Shown here: positions 12,297 through 27,200 of the stretch, piece after piece
Layout: each line of letters begins with the position of its first letter
Position numbering within the stretch: the first letter of the stretch is position 1
Assembly: GCA_046563655.1 (NCBI GenBank)
Contig: CM102289.1
Location: forward strand, 8,618,001-8,682,000
Source of the DNA: Yuukianura sp. NJ FZ-2021
Lineage: Eukaryota
DNA: 64,000 nucleotides
Direction of reading: 5' to 3'
Notes under the pieces: model-generated
The model's input: only the letters and a program-made list of their open reading frames with translations
The model's database searches: none
Told to the model about the DNA's origin: nothing
Program-made: the position numbers and the translations under genes

Positions 12297-15200
12297 TCAC
12301 ACCATAGTAATATTTCGTCTCTTAGAATTAACTGAAGTGAGACTACCCTGGACATTGGGATTGTATTGCATGTGACTATTGTTATTGGGTATCCGTTGAG
12401 GGAAGTTAGACAAAATGTTATTTGGAGCTCCACGGTAAGATGGAGGAAGGTTAGGGTAAGTTTCAATTGTTCTGTAGTTGTCGTCTACACAGGAGTCATA
12501 GTCTGTTTGACCACCTTTGGCCGATTTGAGAGTTTTGTCACTGGAACAACTTTCGTAGTCGGTCAGAGTTGCTCTGCGACCGGACATGCTGTCCAAGCTC
12601 GTCTTTCTATTATTTTCACTAATAGAACGAAATGACCTAGAAGATTCGGGTGACTCGTTGAGATGATGATGTGTCATCTGATGGTGACTGACTGGTGGAC
12701 CACCACCGTTAGTAGCTTTTTCATAGTAGTTGCTGTAATTAGTTGCGTGAGGATGGCCTTGTTGTGACTGACCGTAAATACTTTGGCGTTTTTCATGTTC
12801 CTGTAAAAGTTCACTGGCTGACCAGTGGATTGGAGCCTTGGTGTCAGAAATTGTTGAAATTTTGGTTTCAGTTGATCCCATTGTCTTCCCGCCTTTCCTT
12901 CGGCAGTAACAGAGCAGAATGAGCGCCAAGATCAAAATTAAACAAAGTAGGGACCCGCCCACAATGAGCCAGATTGCGGTAGACGACAAGCCGGGATCGC
13001 CTACTTGCTCTTCCGTGTTTCTCGACGGAGATTGACCGCCTTGTTCAAATTCTTCTCTCAACGGGAACAGTTTAACCTCGACGACATTCGACAATTGACC
13101 GGCATTTTGAAAACGGTCGACTGCTCCAACTTGGAAAAAGTGCCAACCGTAAGAAGTCATACTGAAACTGATGTTAACAAGCGTCCCGGCTTGAAATGTT
13201 TCTGTGATGGTCTTCATGTAGACGAAAGTAGTGTCTCTGGAGCGACTGGTGTAGATGATATATTTTTCTGGTAAGCCTTGGTCCATGTCGTCTCCAGGCG
13301 AAGTAAATTCGAGCGTGACCTCGGTGAGGTAGTGGCCCTTGACCCTTAGATTCCCGATCCTTGAAGGGTTGTAGGTTCCTGGCGGGCGGGCACTGAGGAC
13401 TTTGATCATGTAGGATGAAATTATCCGTTCGTTGTATGGCATGGGCTTAAGGGCGGGTGATGAAGCGCTTAAGCCCGGGAACAGATCGCTTCCACAACAT
13501 GAAGGGATAATGACGGATGATGGTTTTGTCAAGCGTGAGGAAGATGATAGGAGTTGGGCTGAAGGAGAGAAAGCCTGTTGCAAAGGCTGGCTCAGATACC
13601 GGGCTCCGTATGGAGAAGTTGTAACTTTGACGGTGATATCCAGTAGGCGAGTCTGGAACGCTGACGGTGGGATTACCTGGTGAGAAAAAAAAATTGTTAG
13701 AAAAAGTTGGAAAATATTTTGGTTGAAGTAAACTTTAGCTAGAGTCATTTGTACCCTCCAACTCTGTACCCGCTATGATGTAAATATTTCAATGTCACTA
13801 CTATCGTTTTTGTAACAAAAGTAAAACGTAGAATTAATTTTTTTAAAAGAATTTTTAGGTACTAAATAGTACACGAGTTGGCAACATTGTAAGCGTTTTC
13901 GCAGTATCAGAGGCACTCTACGTTATGAAGTATGCCATGATTAACTTAAATTTGTTAAGGTATGTTGCGTTTATATTCTGTTTTGTTTAAAAATGGCTTT
14001 GTTATGCCGGGGTATTAAAATTTGTTAGGTTGAACTATTTAATTTGAAAATTTATTAAATTTATTTATTAAATTTAAACATAAAAAAGTTAGGTCAGAAT
14101 TTAATTGTTGATGTCGTTAGATAATTTTGCTGCGACATATTCTAAAAAAGCTGTACTTTTTTTAAGTAGAGGAGGCAAGATTAAAAAATCAAAACAAAAG
14201 CGATGTTGCCAACTTGTTTTATGAGGAGGGCAGGCTGGTAGGGGTACAAGATCAGGGCATTCTGCACCTGAATGAACCATAAAGTGAAAGTGTATGAAGT
14301 GAACTTACGTATCTCGAGTAAATTCCATCTCCGCGTGTCAAATCCGGATCTGAAAAAAGAAAACTCAGAGTTGCACGTCAAAAGTATCACAAAAAAAAGA
14401 AAGCAAAACCTCATCTTTGGGTGCACAACCCCGAAATTGAGTGTCAATTTTGTAGCACACGGGAGAGAGTTAGAGCGGGAAACATGGGGGAAGAAAGTTG
14501 GTGGGAAAGCAAATTATTTTTTTTACTTTCATGACAGGCAGAAAGTCTTTCTCCGTCATCTACGAACTTTCAAGTGCCAAAGGAAAAGTTTCCCATTTTG
14601 AATTTGCATAAGTTCTAAAGGAAACTCTGAACAGAGACAGAGAGCAGGAAAAAGATAGAAATCAAAGAAATTCAAAATTCAAATATTCCATTTCACAAAA
14701 GTTTTCATTTTTAGTTTCATTTCAAGTTTCAACCAACTTCAAATAGAATTGGAAATCAATGGAAAGAATAATGGAAAGTGACAGGAGAGGGCAAAGGAGA
14801 AAACTTTTTAGGGAACCAGGCAATTGGCATTGAGATTAACAAAAAAGAGAAGCAAAAGATTATAACTACTGAAACTTTGACAAAAAAAAAAGTAATTTTT
14901 GGTTCGAAAATTTTATTTGGGAGGGAAATTCAAAAAAAGTGCAGTGGTGAAAGTACGGTGAAAGTGAGGCTATACTGCGTAAGAATATCATAAAACTTTT
15001 TTTTAGTATTTGAATGGCGGGAAAGAATCAAAAATGAACAAGACTGAAAAACTTTATCGTTTTCAACGACGAGCCGAAGTAAAGACGGCGTCATTCAATT
15101 TAAGATAAACTTTTCCAAACCTTCCCGCGCCCGTTTTTTGAACTTCCGCATTTTCCTGCTTGACTTTTACAAAATTTCCGTTCTTTGACTCTATACCGGT

Positions 15201-18200
15201 AGTGTTCGGTGCATAGAAAGAACTGTTTTAAAAAAGACTTTTCGTCGATTTCAAATTTGAGTTTTGCGGAAGTTCAAATTCTGCTCCCGCCAAAAAAACG
15301 CAGCAGTGGTCGTTCTCACCTCCATTGCCGCTATCCAATAAGTTCACACTCCATTTCCCATTGATTAGCGCCACGACATCAGCTCCTAGTACTGGAGAAC
15401 TCCCACGCTTGACCTCTGCGTACAGAATGAGTGGTGTCCGTGTCAAATTGACGACGCGTGTTTCGTCGACATTTGAAAATAGTCGAACTGTCATGTCCTC
15501 GGAATTTGACCCTCCGCTTGTCAGGACTTGGACAAAGTGAGATTGATGGCTATCACCTGAAAGGCGGGAAAAAAATTCAAAATTACTTCCAGAAAACTAA
15601 ACACATTTAGACCAAAAATTCCTCAAACTGTTTCAAATTTCGTTTTCTGTCCAAGTTTCTAGGATTTCCAGCTCATAATAGAAGATTGATGACTATTTAA
15701 TTCATGAAATCGGAAACGAAAACGTTCAGTTTTATCATTTTTTATTACCTTGAGGTTATTTTTGAGCAAATGCGATTCAAATACTACACCGCGGGAAACA
15801 TTCGTTGCGTTTGAGAAACGCGAAAGTTTTAAAGAAAAATGGTTGCGTTTTAGGAAAAACCTAGAAGCTTTTGAGAAAAACTTTAAAACTGGTAGTAAAA
15901 GTTTAAAATCAGCACGCACTTTGTCCATATAGATTCTTACCGAGTCGTTCGATGCGATACCTCCAAATGCCAGGCTGATCAATGGTGGCATCAATTTTGA
16001 TGACATTGATGTCGTGCAAATAGGACAATTGGTCAGTGAACTTTGTTCCAGAGGGACTCGTCAGTTCTACTGTGTTCACTTTGGGGTCAATCGGAGTTGG
16101 AATATAAATGTAGAACTCTGCTGGGGATTGGGAAGCATCAAAGCTAAAAGAAGACTCGACGTACTTTGGTGAATCGCCTTTGAAAGAATCCTGATGGATC
16201 TACAATCAAAAAAAAATCAGGAAGTCAGTACCAGTGTCAATCAGTTTTAAATATTTTATGAACCCAATGGCCTAAATTCTTTTTTAAAAAGATAATCTTG
16301 GGCAAAATTTACGTAAACAAAAAAATCGGGGTGGATTTTTCAAGTGAAAGTTTTTGTTGACTTCCGCTCTGGCCGAAAGTCACCTGTCCCGCTTTTCTGG
16401 AATATTTATTATACGTTCAAGAGTATTGATTTTTTACGGTGTATTTCAAAGTTTATTCTGTTTTTCTTCTTTTTTTTGTATTTGCAGTAACCAGGCTTCG
16501 AACGTCCTTCCTTTCTCCTTTACCAAAATTTGAATCCGAAACCTACACTATGAATAATTTATTTGGGTGGAAACCATATACTTTCATCCCGTTTTGTGAC
16601 ACAAGTTAAACTGGTCGGAATAAACTGGAATTTGAATTACGCGCGCCTCGTACCATGTAATTTTGGTGGTCAATTTCAGTTTCAATGGTAGAGCATATAG
16701 AGGGAAATTTCAAACCTTGTACTCTCATTCTTGAAAAACGAAAACATATTTGCCCGCGATTTGGATCCTTACTACAGAAAGGCGTATGAATAACATTTTC
16801 AAGAAAAACAAACAAGAAAGTATGGGTTTGCACTCTTTTTCAAATATTTTAAAATTGGTTTGTTTTTCGAAAAACTTTCTACAAGGCTCTGATTATGAAA
16901 GAAAAAAAAAGCTTATTGATCTTTTGCTTTTACTTTTTGCAAACACGGAAAATAAGACAAAAAAGCGGAAACGAGCTGCTTCATCCTTGTGTCAACTTTT
17001 GTTTTCGGTTTTTTGAAGAGTCCATGAAAATACGTTTTTCGAAAAACTCAAAATTTTGTGTTTCATCACTTCCTGGTGTGAGGAATTGGTGGTTTTTTGA
17101 AAACTTTCCTTTCCGTCCTAGTAATAATTTTTGAAAATTTTATGACAAATTTTTGAAAATGGGGCACGGGTTAACAGTTTTCAGTAAAAGTTTTGAGATT
17201 GGAGGAAGATTTTAAGGAAAACGAGGAAAAGGCGTGAGGACAAGAACATAAAAAACTTTGTGTTCTAAAAAAACAAACATTAAATTTTTATGTGCTGCTC
17301 TCCTAGTCTCCACTAACATTTGTAAGTTCGAATGGGAGCTTCCTATATATTTCCAAAGTGTCTCAAAATTAAAGGCTCTTCGGAGAGCATTTTAGAGACA
17401 ACAAATTTTAGGAAAGAATGCCTTTTGCCCATGTCTGTATTTCTCAAAGGATTTCACAACTTTTACAAACTAAAGTGCTAAGAGTACTAATTAGTCTTTT
17501 TGAAAAAAAAAGAAGCTTTCGAGTACTTTTTAGAACACGGGGTTCCACAAAACTTGAAATATTTGGAATGGAGGTGCAAAGATGAAAATCTTAACGCATT
17601 TATACTTTTTAATGGTTACAAACGTTACAAAAATTTCAACATTTTGAGACATTACAAAGATTTTGTAACGCCAAAATCGTCCTACCACCATTACTCATAG
17701 TATACCTAATATACAACTGGAGATAGCAACAAAATTTCATAAATTTTTTGTGTTTCATATTTCCAAATTTTAGAAATTTTGTCTAGCGCGTGGAGAAAGT
17801 TAAAGGATGTAAGCATTAAAATTTTAGAAATTTCCAAAAATGTGTCCAAATATTGAGCTAGGCTAGGCTTTATTTCTGGCTTAAAAATTCAAATTTAAAA
17901 TTAAAAGGTCAAATTTGACATAAAAATTACCGCGAAGAAGCATGGAATTTTGCCTGTATGCTGCAGATGCTAAAAAAATTTGACTTTCCCGCGTCAACCT
18001 TTTCATGTCAAATTTTGCATTATACTTTAACTTTCCCCTACACTTAACTTTGAAAATGAAGGACATGAAATTGGCACTTTTGAGTTTTCTCTCCTGTCGC
18101 CCATCTACCCGCACATTTTCCTCCGTACTTAATTACTACCCAAGCTGTTGGTTGTGGAAGGCTAATTACTACTGCAGAGTACACTAGGAAATTAAGGTCA

Positions 18201-21200
18201 AAGTTGTTCCAACTCTGTAGTGTTTGGAAATTAGAGCAGAAGTCACCTTACCAGAGTGGGCCATTTGGTAGAAATCCCTTTGGTAAAGAACTGTTGGATG
18301 TCCATGATGGCATTGACGAGCTGAATGTAGGTTGACATGTGTGTCATGGATCCAACTCCGGATTCCCGGATAGAGTAATGTGGACTGCCCGTTGCTTGGG
18401 ACAGAGCAGAGATCTTGCCATCTCCAATTGACGGGTATTCAATAGTGGCAATTGACACATCTTCTTGTTTCAGAAGTTGAAGAGATGTCTCCAAATCCAT
18501 TTGGGAAATTGTGCCTTGGCTGATGAGGATAATGGCTGACCCGGCTGCTCTCTGCCCATTTGATTTCAGCATCTATACAAAGAGAAATGTTAGTGAAACC
18601 AAGGTTTGCTGACTTTGATTTTCTTTAACAGGTTGGGTAATACCTCATGTTTTTTCGATTTTGCAAAAAAAAAAAGTAGCTTTTCATTTCGGGGCATCGT
18701 AGTCATAACTATACAGCTATTTTTTTTTTAATTTTGCATACGAATTGGTACCATTTTGATACAATTGATACCATTGGTATTTTTGGATTGGTGCTAAATT
18801 GGTACCAATTTTTTTTCCATTTTTTTGTCAACAAGCGAGGTAGTACTCAACCTGTTAAAGAAAATTAACTTTCGTTGTCAAGCAACCTTGAGTGAAAGTG
18901 ACGATTGAGATAGAAGGGAAAGCGCTTAAGCACTGCATTGGAAGAGGGAGTGAAATCGCTTAAGCGTTGGAAGGAGACGGGAAAGCGCTGGAAAAAAAAT
19001 TGTGTCCACGATTCCTTTCGTTTTCGCTACTTTCCTACCATGGATTTGTTGAAATAAGACACACAGAGTGTATATTAAGTCATAAATTGTATTAGGACTT
19101 TTTGAAATGGGAGCAGAGAGTATCATTTCACACTTCCAAAGCTTTAACTCCTAAAGTTCAATTGGATTTTGGCGGGGGAAGCATAGTGCATGGTCCATTT
19201 TCTACAAGGGTCACCGTACATTCACCACTCGTCCTCAGAAATTAAACTTTGTATCGTCTGGGGAAAGTTTTTTCAAGGACTTTCTCTTTTCCCGCCTTCC
19301 CTGCTTCTATTTTTTGTCAAAAACATAAAATAACCCTCTTCTACAGAAAAAGAGAAAGTGTTTGAGCTTTTTCCTGTTCCAGAGAGTTGTTTATTTGGTT
19401 AGGATAGGCTTGTGACTCATAGTTCAATCAAGGGATGAAGGGAGGGGAGCCCTTTACTCTCCCCCTCATACTTTCCAGAAATTAATATACTTTGCACTAC
19501 TACTGTAGGTTGTTAGGGTTGAAGCTCATTTCCTAAGGTTAGGCTAACTTTCTCCCCCCATGGTTCCTATTATTGCTTTACTCAATTCCGCACTTTCGCC
19601 TGGGGACACTTCCCTTCTTGACATCAAACTACATTAGAATTTGACAAACTTTAGTTCAAACTAATTAGTGGATTTGCGCCTCATCCTCGTAACTTAGGCA
19701 GATTGGAATACTTGAAACTGCTGCCAAGTTTTCCATGTCACATGTCGTATTTAAAAAACTAAATTTTTAAAACGTCTGATTTCTGACATTTCGTTTCACA
19801 TTTTACGTTTTCAAACTTTGACATCTACAGCCACTTCCGTAGAATTCAAAAGTTGAAACTCTTGTTACTTGCTCCCTGTGAGACACTTTTAGTAAAAAGT
19901 TATAATTATGGGGGGATTTCCCCTCCCTACGTTCCACCCCCACCTACAATTACTGTGATTAATCTCACTTTGACGTGCAAGAGTTTTTGGAAGGAGAAGG
20001 TGTGCTTTCACTTTTCATGTTTTTAGGTAAAAACTGAGAACAAAAGTCGTTAGTTCCACAAAAATTATGAAAAGTTTTGAAAAAAAGGGGGAGTTTTGAA
20101 ATTTTTGAAATGTCAAGGGGAATCAAAACAAGTTTAGAAAAAAGTTGTGGAGTTATGCGCAGAAGCAAAGTCTTTTCCACTGCGCAGTCATTAGGCAGTC
20201 CGAATTTATGACCATGAACTTATTGGACTGAAGCCACCGCTTTGTTTCTTGATTTATGACAATTTATTTTTGTAACGGTTTGGCGGGAGAAAAAAAAGCG
20301 GGAGATTTGAACCAATTTCGAATCAAGCCAAGTTCAGGGTCTAAAAAAATGTTTTTTTTTGAAAGTGAGAAGCGTTTGGTACAAGGTTTTCTGACTTTTA
20401 ATTCTCTTTAACGGGTTGGATAATACCTCATGTTTTTCCTATTTTGCAAAAAAAGTATCTTTTCCATTTCCGGGCATCGTATACGACGACTATAGTGATT
20501 GGTACCAATTTTTTGGATTGGTACTAAATTGGTACGGATTTTTTGTTTTTAGCGTTTTTTGTCAACCAGCGAGGTAGTAGCCAACCTGTTAAAGAAAATT
20601 AACTTATCGTTGTCAAGGAACCTTGGTTTGCTAGCAGTTGACCCTCTCTCGGTGGCAACTGCCAGGGGAAAATGAACTCCCGGGTGACATGTTTGGTTTG
20701 AAATGAAGGCGCGGGAGGGTTTGAAAAGACAATAAAGGGGGGCATAATGAGATTATGTGATTGCATTACATTGATTGCATGGGTGAGCCCTTTAAGAAGG
20801 GACACTCCGCCATTGCTCGTCTCAATGTTGGGGTAGTTTGGTAACTTTTCCGCCAGAGTGCCCCGGAGGTTTTCATCCAGCGTCGTCATGTTGGCCAGAG
20901 TGCGTATGTCCGTGCTCACAGTGACTAATCCAATTTGTGTTCCGGACGGGAGGTCGTACTTGATGAATTTTCGGATGGCCAGTTTCAGGTATTTCCATAC
21001 GTCCTGGAGACACAAAAAAATGGCGGGAATTAAGTTTCATTAAGTTCGGACGCTGTAAGCTAAATCCGAAAAAGTTCATTTGAACAAAACCGCGCGAACA
21101 AACAAAACTGTGATCCCTGCACTGTGTAAATACATCTTTGGTTTTAGCTCAAACCCAGACGTGAGTCATGTGACATGACCTTAGGTTCTAATGACAACTT

Positions 21201-24200
21201 GTTTGTCAATCGTTTCAAAAACTTTACAATCAAAATACGCGCCATAAACTTCCTGCGAAAACAAAAAAGTTCATGCTAAAAGTTCGGAGTCATAAAAATT
21301 AGGAGCCCTTCGTCTCTTCGAGTCACGTTTTTGTAACTACAATTTTGAAATTAATACCCCCATATTTTGGCATGCATTTTACAACTTGCGAAATAGCACG
21401 AACCGCTAAATTTTTTTTTTCAAAAACGCAATGAAAATTATTGTCGAGTGATCTTTTCAACCACCAAATCTTCGCTGTTTTTTGTATTGGTGACCTCCAG
21501 GTCGCTGCCATTTTCATTTTTTTTCATTTTCATTTTCATTTTTCGCGTCAAGGGTACACCTAACCTTGGTATTTTCTAAACCTTTTAAAGCAACTGAAAA
21601 AATAGAGATCCCTGGGCGGACATTTTGGTACACTTAGGACGTCCTAACTTTAGGATAGGACCAAACTTAGGATCAGATAGGACAAAGCAGATTTTGGTAA
21701 AGATAGGATCCCTGAACCTCCTAAGTTTTAACACAGCTTATCGGATTTTAAAATATTGTTAAATAATTACTATTAATAAAAAATATTCCTATAAATAATT
21801 AAAAACTTATGATTAAATATAATTATTGTATTATATAGTATAGTATAGTACATTAATGTATTAATTAATGCATATTAAGTAATGTATATTGCATTAGTAC
21901 ATTATATATAAGTATAGTATATTGATTTGAAGTCAAACTTTCACATAAATGTACATTTACAGTATAAAATAATTGTTAGGATTGACTTAGGACGTGGAAA
22001 GACCGACCCTAAAGTTAGGAGGAATTTTGACAAAGATAGGAAATCCTATGTTTACCAAAATATTGGCGATCCTAAGTACCTATCTCCCATTGCCCAACTC
22101 CAGACTTAGGACAGTCCTAGGATTCGTATCAAAATACGGCAACTTAGGAAATCCTAGAGGAGTCCCATCTTTTCTCCTAAATAGTTAGGATCGGCCTGAC
22201 TTAGGACATCCTAACTTTCGTACCAAAATGTCAGCCCTGGAGCCTACTTTTCCAAGAAAAAGAAAATTTGGGTTAACAAAAGCGTAGCTCCGTTCCCCTC
22301 TGAATATAATTTTTGACATGACAAAATATTAACATTCTGCTCACTTCCTTGACTTTTTTTTGCAAAGACTAACTTTTTTGTATTACTTTTTTGACTCAAT
22401 AAACTTTTGTAGGAGAAGCGCAGAGAGATGAGCACGTAAAAGAAGTATGAAAAAATATAATAAAGTTGGTCCTTTTTGCACTTGCCATAAATAAACTTAT
22501 AAATCTTTTCGGCAGTGTCTTTTGACATTATCCTTCCTTTTCTACATCAGGAATACAGTGTCGCCTCAAACACAACTACAAGAAACACGGACTTTGACAT
22601 GGCAGAACGGCGTCGTCTTCTTGTCAAACCTTGTCACAATTTGTCATACTTTTGCACGCTGTTCTGAAGGCTAAGTACTCTGTGAGCTCACAATTTTATG
22701 AATAGGAAACAGGATAAATACGACAATGGACCACGGAGACGCAGACAAAGTTGTGCAAAAAAGTAAAAAAAAACAACTAAAAGTTGAAAAGGAAGGCATT
22801 AGTACAAAACAGCAGTCGAGCAAAACGTTGGAAAGGCAGGGTCACCAACATCAGAGTTTTTTATACCAAAATTTAAAATTTTGAATATAAAATTTTTTGT
22901 TTTCACATTTTTAAGAATTTTGTCTCCAAATATTGTCGGATAACAATCTTTAAATCTTTGAAGCACCTTTGAATCTGCAAAATTTGTCGAAAATTATAAA
23001 ATTTTTAACAGAAAGTGCCGACGGTAGTAAATCAAAGGCGGTAGGTTTTTGCGCGAGCTGTTTTTGATTCAATTTGAAATTTTTTTAAACCCATTTCCTT
23101 TACCCGTAAATTCATGTTTCCTGTTTCCTCAATGAGCAGGACAAAGCGGGGCTGGATGAGTTGTTTGATGACGAATTCCGGAGTTACGCTGGCTCTGTTG
23201 TCAGGAAACCTACAAAACAATGAAAAATTTTAGGTTCAGTTGCCAATTCATGTTTTATTTTACATTTCATGTCCGTCCAGGTCCAGGTACGGCTTATTGC
23301 AGTTCCTGTTTACTCATTCATAGAGTCTCCTTTGTTAGAACAACTGCATTTTGAATAGAATCGAGCCGTGGGTTCGATTCCCCCTGCCAGCACGGCTAGT
23401 CACCGTAACAAAAAAAATCGATGCGTGCACCACCTTTGCTTTTGGGCAATTAGAACATGTGCTGACAGTTTTCTCATGCAGGTAGAAGCCATATCAATGT
23501 TTTAAAAAAACATGCGCGGGAGTACAAACAAAACTTGGCAAATCAGCTGCGCAAATGTTGAATTTGGGGTAATTTAAAGTTAGCAAAACGAAAACACAAA
23601 AATTTGGACAAATTTTAAATCGGAGTTGACAAATTTTGAAGTGAAATTCGATGCTGCGCAAGCGTGAGCTTTTAGCTGTTCAAAGACACGCTGTAATTGG
23701 CTTCGTGCTTTTCAAACAATTTCAACTTTGTTTGAACATTTGCAAAAGATGTAAACAAGAAGATGAAAATATTGAACAAGAAAAGCACCGTGTTTTACTT
23801 TCAAGAAGGAACATAAAAGCAATAAGACGCCGCGTTTCAAAAGATGCGCGCTAGCTAGTCTTTGTGAATTTTTCAGCTTTTTTGATGATAAAAATTGTCT
23901 GGCAAAAGTTGTTTGATTAAAGGGCCTATTACATGAATTTTTTGTTTCAAAATAAACTCAACATGTTATTTTTTACTTTGTGCAATGAAAAATGAAAAAA
24001 ATTGACAATAAGTTGCTAGGTAATGGTGAATGTAAATTTTGATTGAAGTGTTTTTACAAGAAACATGAAAAGTTGTTGTGTGTTTAATGTTCCATGATCA
24101 AAAGTTTTACTTTTTAGCTTTAGCTTTTTATACGTCTAAAGTTTGGTTTAAAAATTATGTGAAGCAAAACTTACAACTAACAAAGTCATTCGTTTTGACA

Positions 24201-27200
24201 AGATTGACTCTTCAGATTGGACGTTAAAGACACACGCTTTCTCATTTTGCTTTACTTTTCATATTTGTTTGACAGCATCCGATTTTGCAACATCACAAAC
24301 ATCTTTTTACGAAACTCAAATACAAAATTTTACGCATTTTCCTCTACACTTTCCATAATTGGATCACACACTCAAATTACATTTCAATTTGAAAAGAGAG
24401 AAAAAAAAACGAAAGTGTCACAGGTTTAACAAGGAGCAACTGGCAGGTTATTCCACTTCAAAATTTTGTGAAATCATGCATAAAATTTTCCCAAGGGTGA
24501 CACATTTGTCATTTTAAAACCTACGCAATCAAATCCATAATTTTTCAAAAAAATATTTACACAAAAAACGCGTTTTTGCCATTTCCTCGTCAATTTGCTT
24601 TATTTGTTTTTTTTTATGGGAAAACGAGAATGCTTCGCGTTCGTACTGGGGCTTCGCCGCGTGCCACGTCAGTTGTGTTAATCACAAAGTCCACATTTTG
24701 TAAAATGGCAATACGTCATGTTTTTTTTTTCAAAATTTCGAAAAATGAAACTTGAAAAGCGTGTGTTTACCTTGACGAAATGTTGCGGAAATCCGGGTGG
24801 GAGAAAATGACTTCCTTGGTGGACTTCCTTCCACAGAGGAAGTTGTGTTTCGTAGGGGCGTATGGATTGTGCGTAGAAGCGTCACAGAACCACTTTACAT
24901 GCGGAAGGTGTGGAACTGACATAATGGAGCTAGTGATGTCATCGTTGAGGGCTGAAGTGGCACTGAAGACGCAGTTGCCACCGTTGCCACCGTGAGATCC
25001 AGGCTCCTTTGAACAGGATTCAGACCTGTAAATTAATGAAATTGTCAGCTCATCATCTGAAACTAATAGATCCGTAGATTTCCTAGGTTTTAGGAAACCG
25101 AATAAAACTTTTCTCTTCCATCATCTCCTTTCACTCATTCCCTCAAAAAAAAATTCTCATCATGTTTTTTTTTTCTTTCAAAAAAATGGTACGAGAGTAA
25201 TGAACTGTGATGAGGGGAGAAACGTAGCTCATCTGAACAGAAAAACGGAAAATTATTAGTTTTAGTCCAAAAAAAATCTGAAACTGAAACTTTGGCCTTC
25301 CAATTCCCCTACTAATGACCATGTAATTTCTTTTTTTCCGTTTCCATTACTCTCCGTTTGGGTTTCTAATTACTATAACTTCAAAGGGAAGGAGATGAGG
25401 GCGGGAAAAAACAGGGTGATTCAAAAAAGTAGTGGATCTGCCATAGTACATAATTTTACTTAAACTTTAGTTTACGTTTCATTTCTCATCAAAAACACAT
25501 CATCACCCAACGCCTTTTGCATGTCCTCTACAATTCCAAAAACAAATAGAAAGTTTTGCTCAAGTTGAGAGTTAGATGAACCTTGTTTTTGCTTTGTTAT
25601 TTTTAAGGATTTTCAAACTTTTTGCGAGCGCCAGAAAAAAATGGACTCCATAATGATCGCATAGATTTCCAAGAAAATGGGGTCAGAAGGTTAACAACTG
25701 ATTGTGACTAACAAAATTTCAAAAAAAAATCTAAATTATATGATGAGGTTAGATAAAACAAAAGAAAATTTTTTTGAAACAAAAATTTTAGGTTACATTT
25801 TTTGTCAGTAACAAGAACTACCAATTTTGTCTCAAGAACAAAAAAGAATGAGACGTAAAAAAACTAAAGTGTTTTTTTTTGTTTCCACGAAAATAGCGTC
25901 ATTTTGAATTGAATTGGCGTAGATTATGATTTTCGGTTGTGTTAGTCATTTTGAAGTGCAAAATTCTGCGAACTTAAGGATAACATTAGGGTTGCAAAAA
26001 TTTGAAAAAATTGGAATGATTTCATAAAATTGTATACTTACCATTCGCCCTTTAAGGGTACATTGGTACAGGCAGTGGGGGCCCTTGAGTCCCCTTTAGT
26101 ACCTCCCTTATGATACCCTGCTGGATAAATTGGATCATTTTCATAGCCTTTCTCTTCAAAAACTCCGTATCGAAACTTGGCCCATTCATGTACAATGGCT
26201 CGATCTAAAAACAAAAACAACATTGTTTTGAAATTTTGATTACATTATTATTACAATAATTTAATCTAAAATTTATAGAAACCGAAAACCTACCAACAAT
26301 TCGAAAAAACTCCAAAAAGTAGATCATTTTAAAATTGAACTTAATATAAAAAAGTTCATTTTGAGTATAAAATATGTAAAGTAGGCAGCATCGTAACTAT
26401 GGTATGGTTAGAGTCTAACGTTAAACTTAATGCCTGAAGATTTTCTTGACTTATGTGCCAAGCGGGAATATTTGAAAAACTTACTTTTTTTTGAAAATGG
26501 AAAAGAATAGGCTACTTTCGGGTGTTCCTTAAGGTAAGGATTAAGTGAAAGTAGGGAACAATTTCGCGGAAGAGCTTTCTCCAGTGCAGAATATCCTCCT
26601 ACACCTCCTACTTTGCATTATTCTCTATTCTACCAAGTTTTCTTTAATAACAAACCGTGCGAGCAAAATGGCCTCTGAGCACGAACTTTCTCTTTTCGAA
26701 AAAAAAATTACAAAAAAAAAAGTGAATGAAAGTAGTTCTCCACTTCTGACAATACTGGTCATAACGACCATTGAAAAAATAGATTAAGTTACGACTAACT
26801 TTCTTCTTTCTTCCGGAAAATCCCACTTTGGAACTTCCTGCAGCAGCTCATCTTCTGACAGACTTAGCATCCTACTTGTTTTTAAATTTCAAAGTTTGGC
26901 GCCCTTTTTTTTACTCAAGATGAACAATATGGTTATTTTTAACAAAAGTTAGAGGAAATGACCTTAAGTCAAGTCAAAAATAACAATAAGAGGGAGAAGC
27001 CTGTACTTTCTCTTTTCAAATTTTCATTTCCCTTGACAATATTCAAAAGTGTACGTCGACTACAATTTCCCATTTACCACTATACTCCATTCCGCCTCCA
27101 TTAAATCTTAAAGGCCAAGAGTAAAATCTAATGGGACTTGGGAAACTAGCCTAACTTAGCCTAACTCTGGAGCTTGACATACCTTTCTCCCGCCAAAACC

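Noticed and set aside
14181..14268. Possible extra CLCA exon (VQNALILYPYQP...)
   Set aside because: It would need a 41-nt intron and has no convincing donor. Direct splicing from 14309 to 13676 already gives a continuous CLCA-like sequence.
23366..23398. GGGTTCGATTCCC B-box/T-arm-like motif (similar one near 29410)
   Set aside because: No cloverleaf, anticodon arm or A-box could be built. At most a decayed SINE/tRNA fragment.
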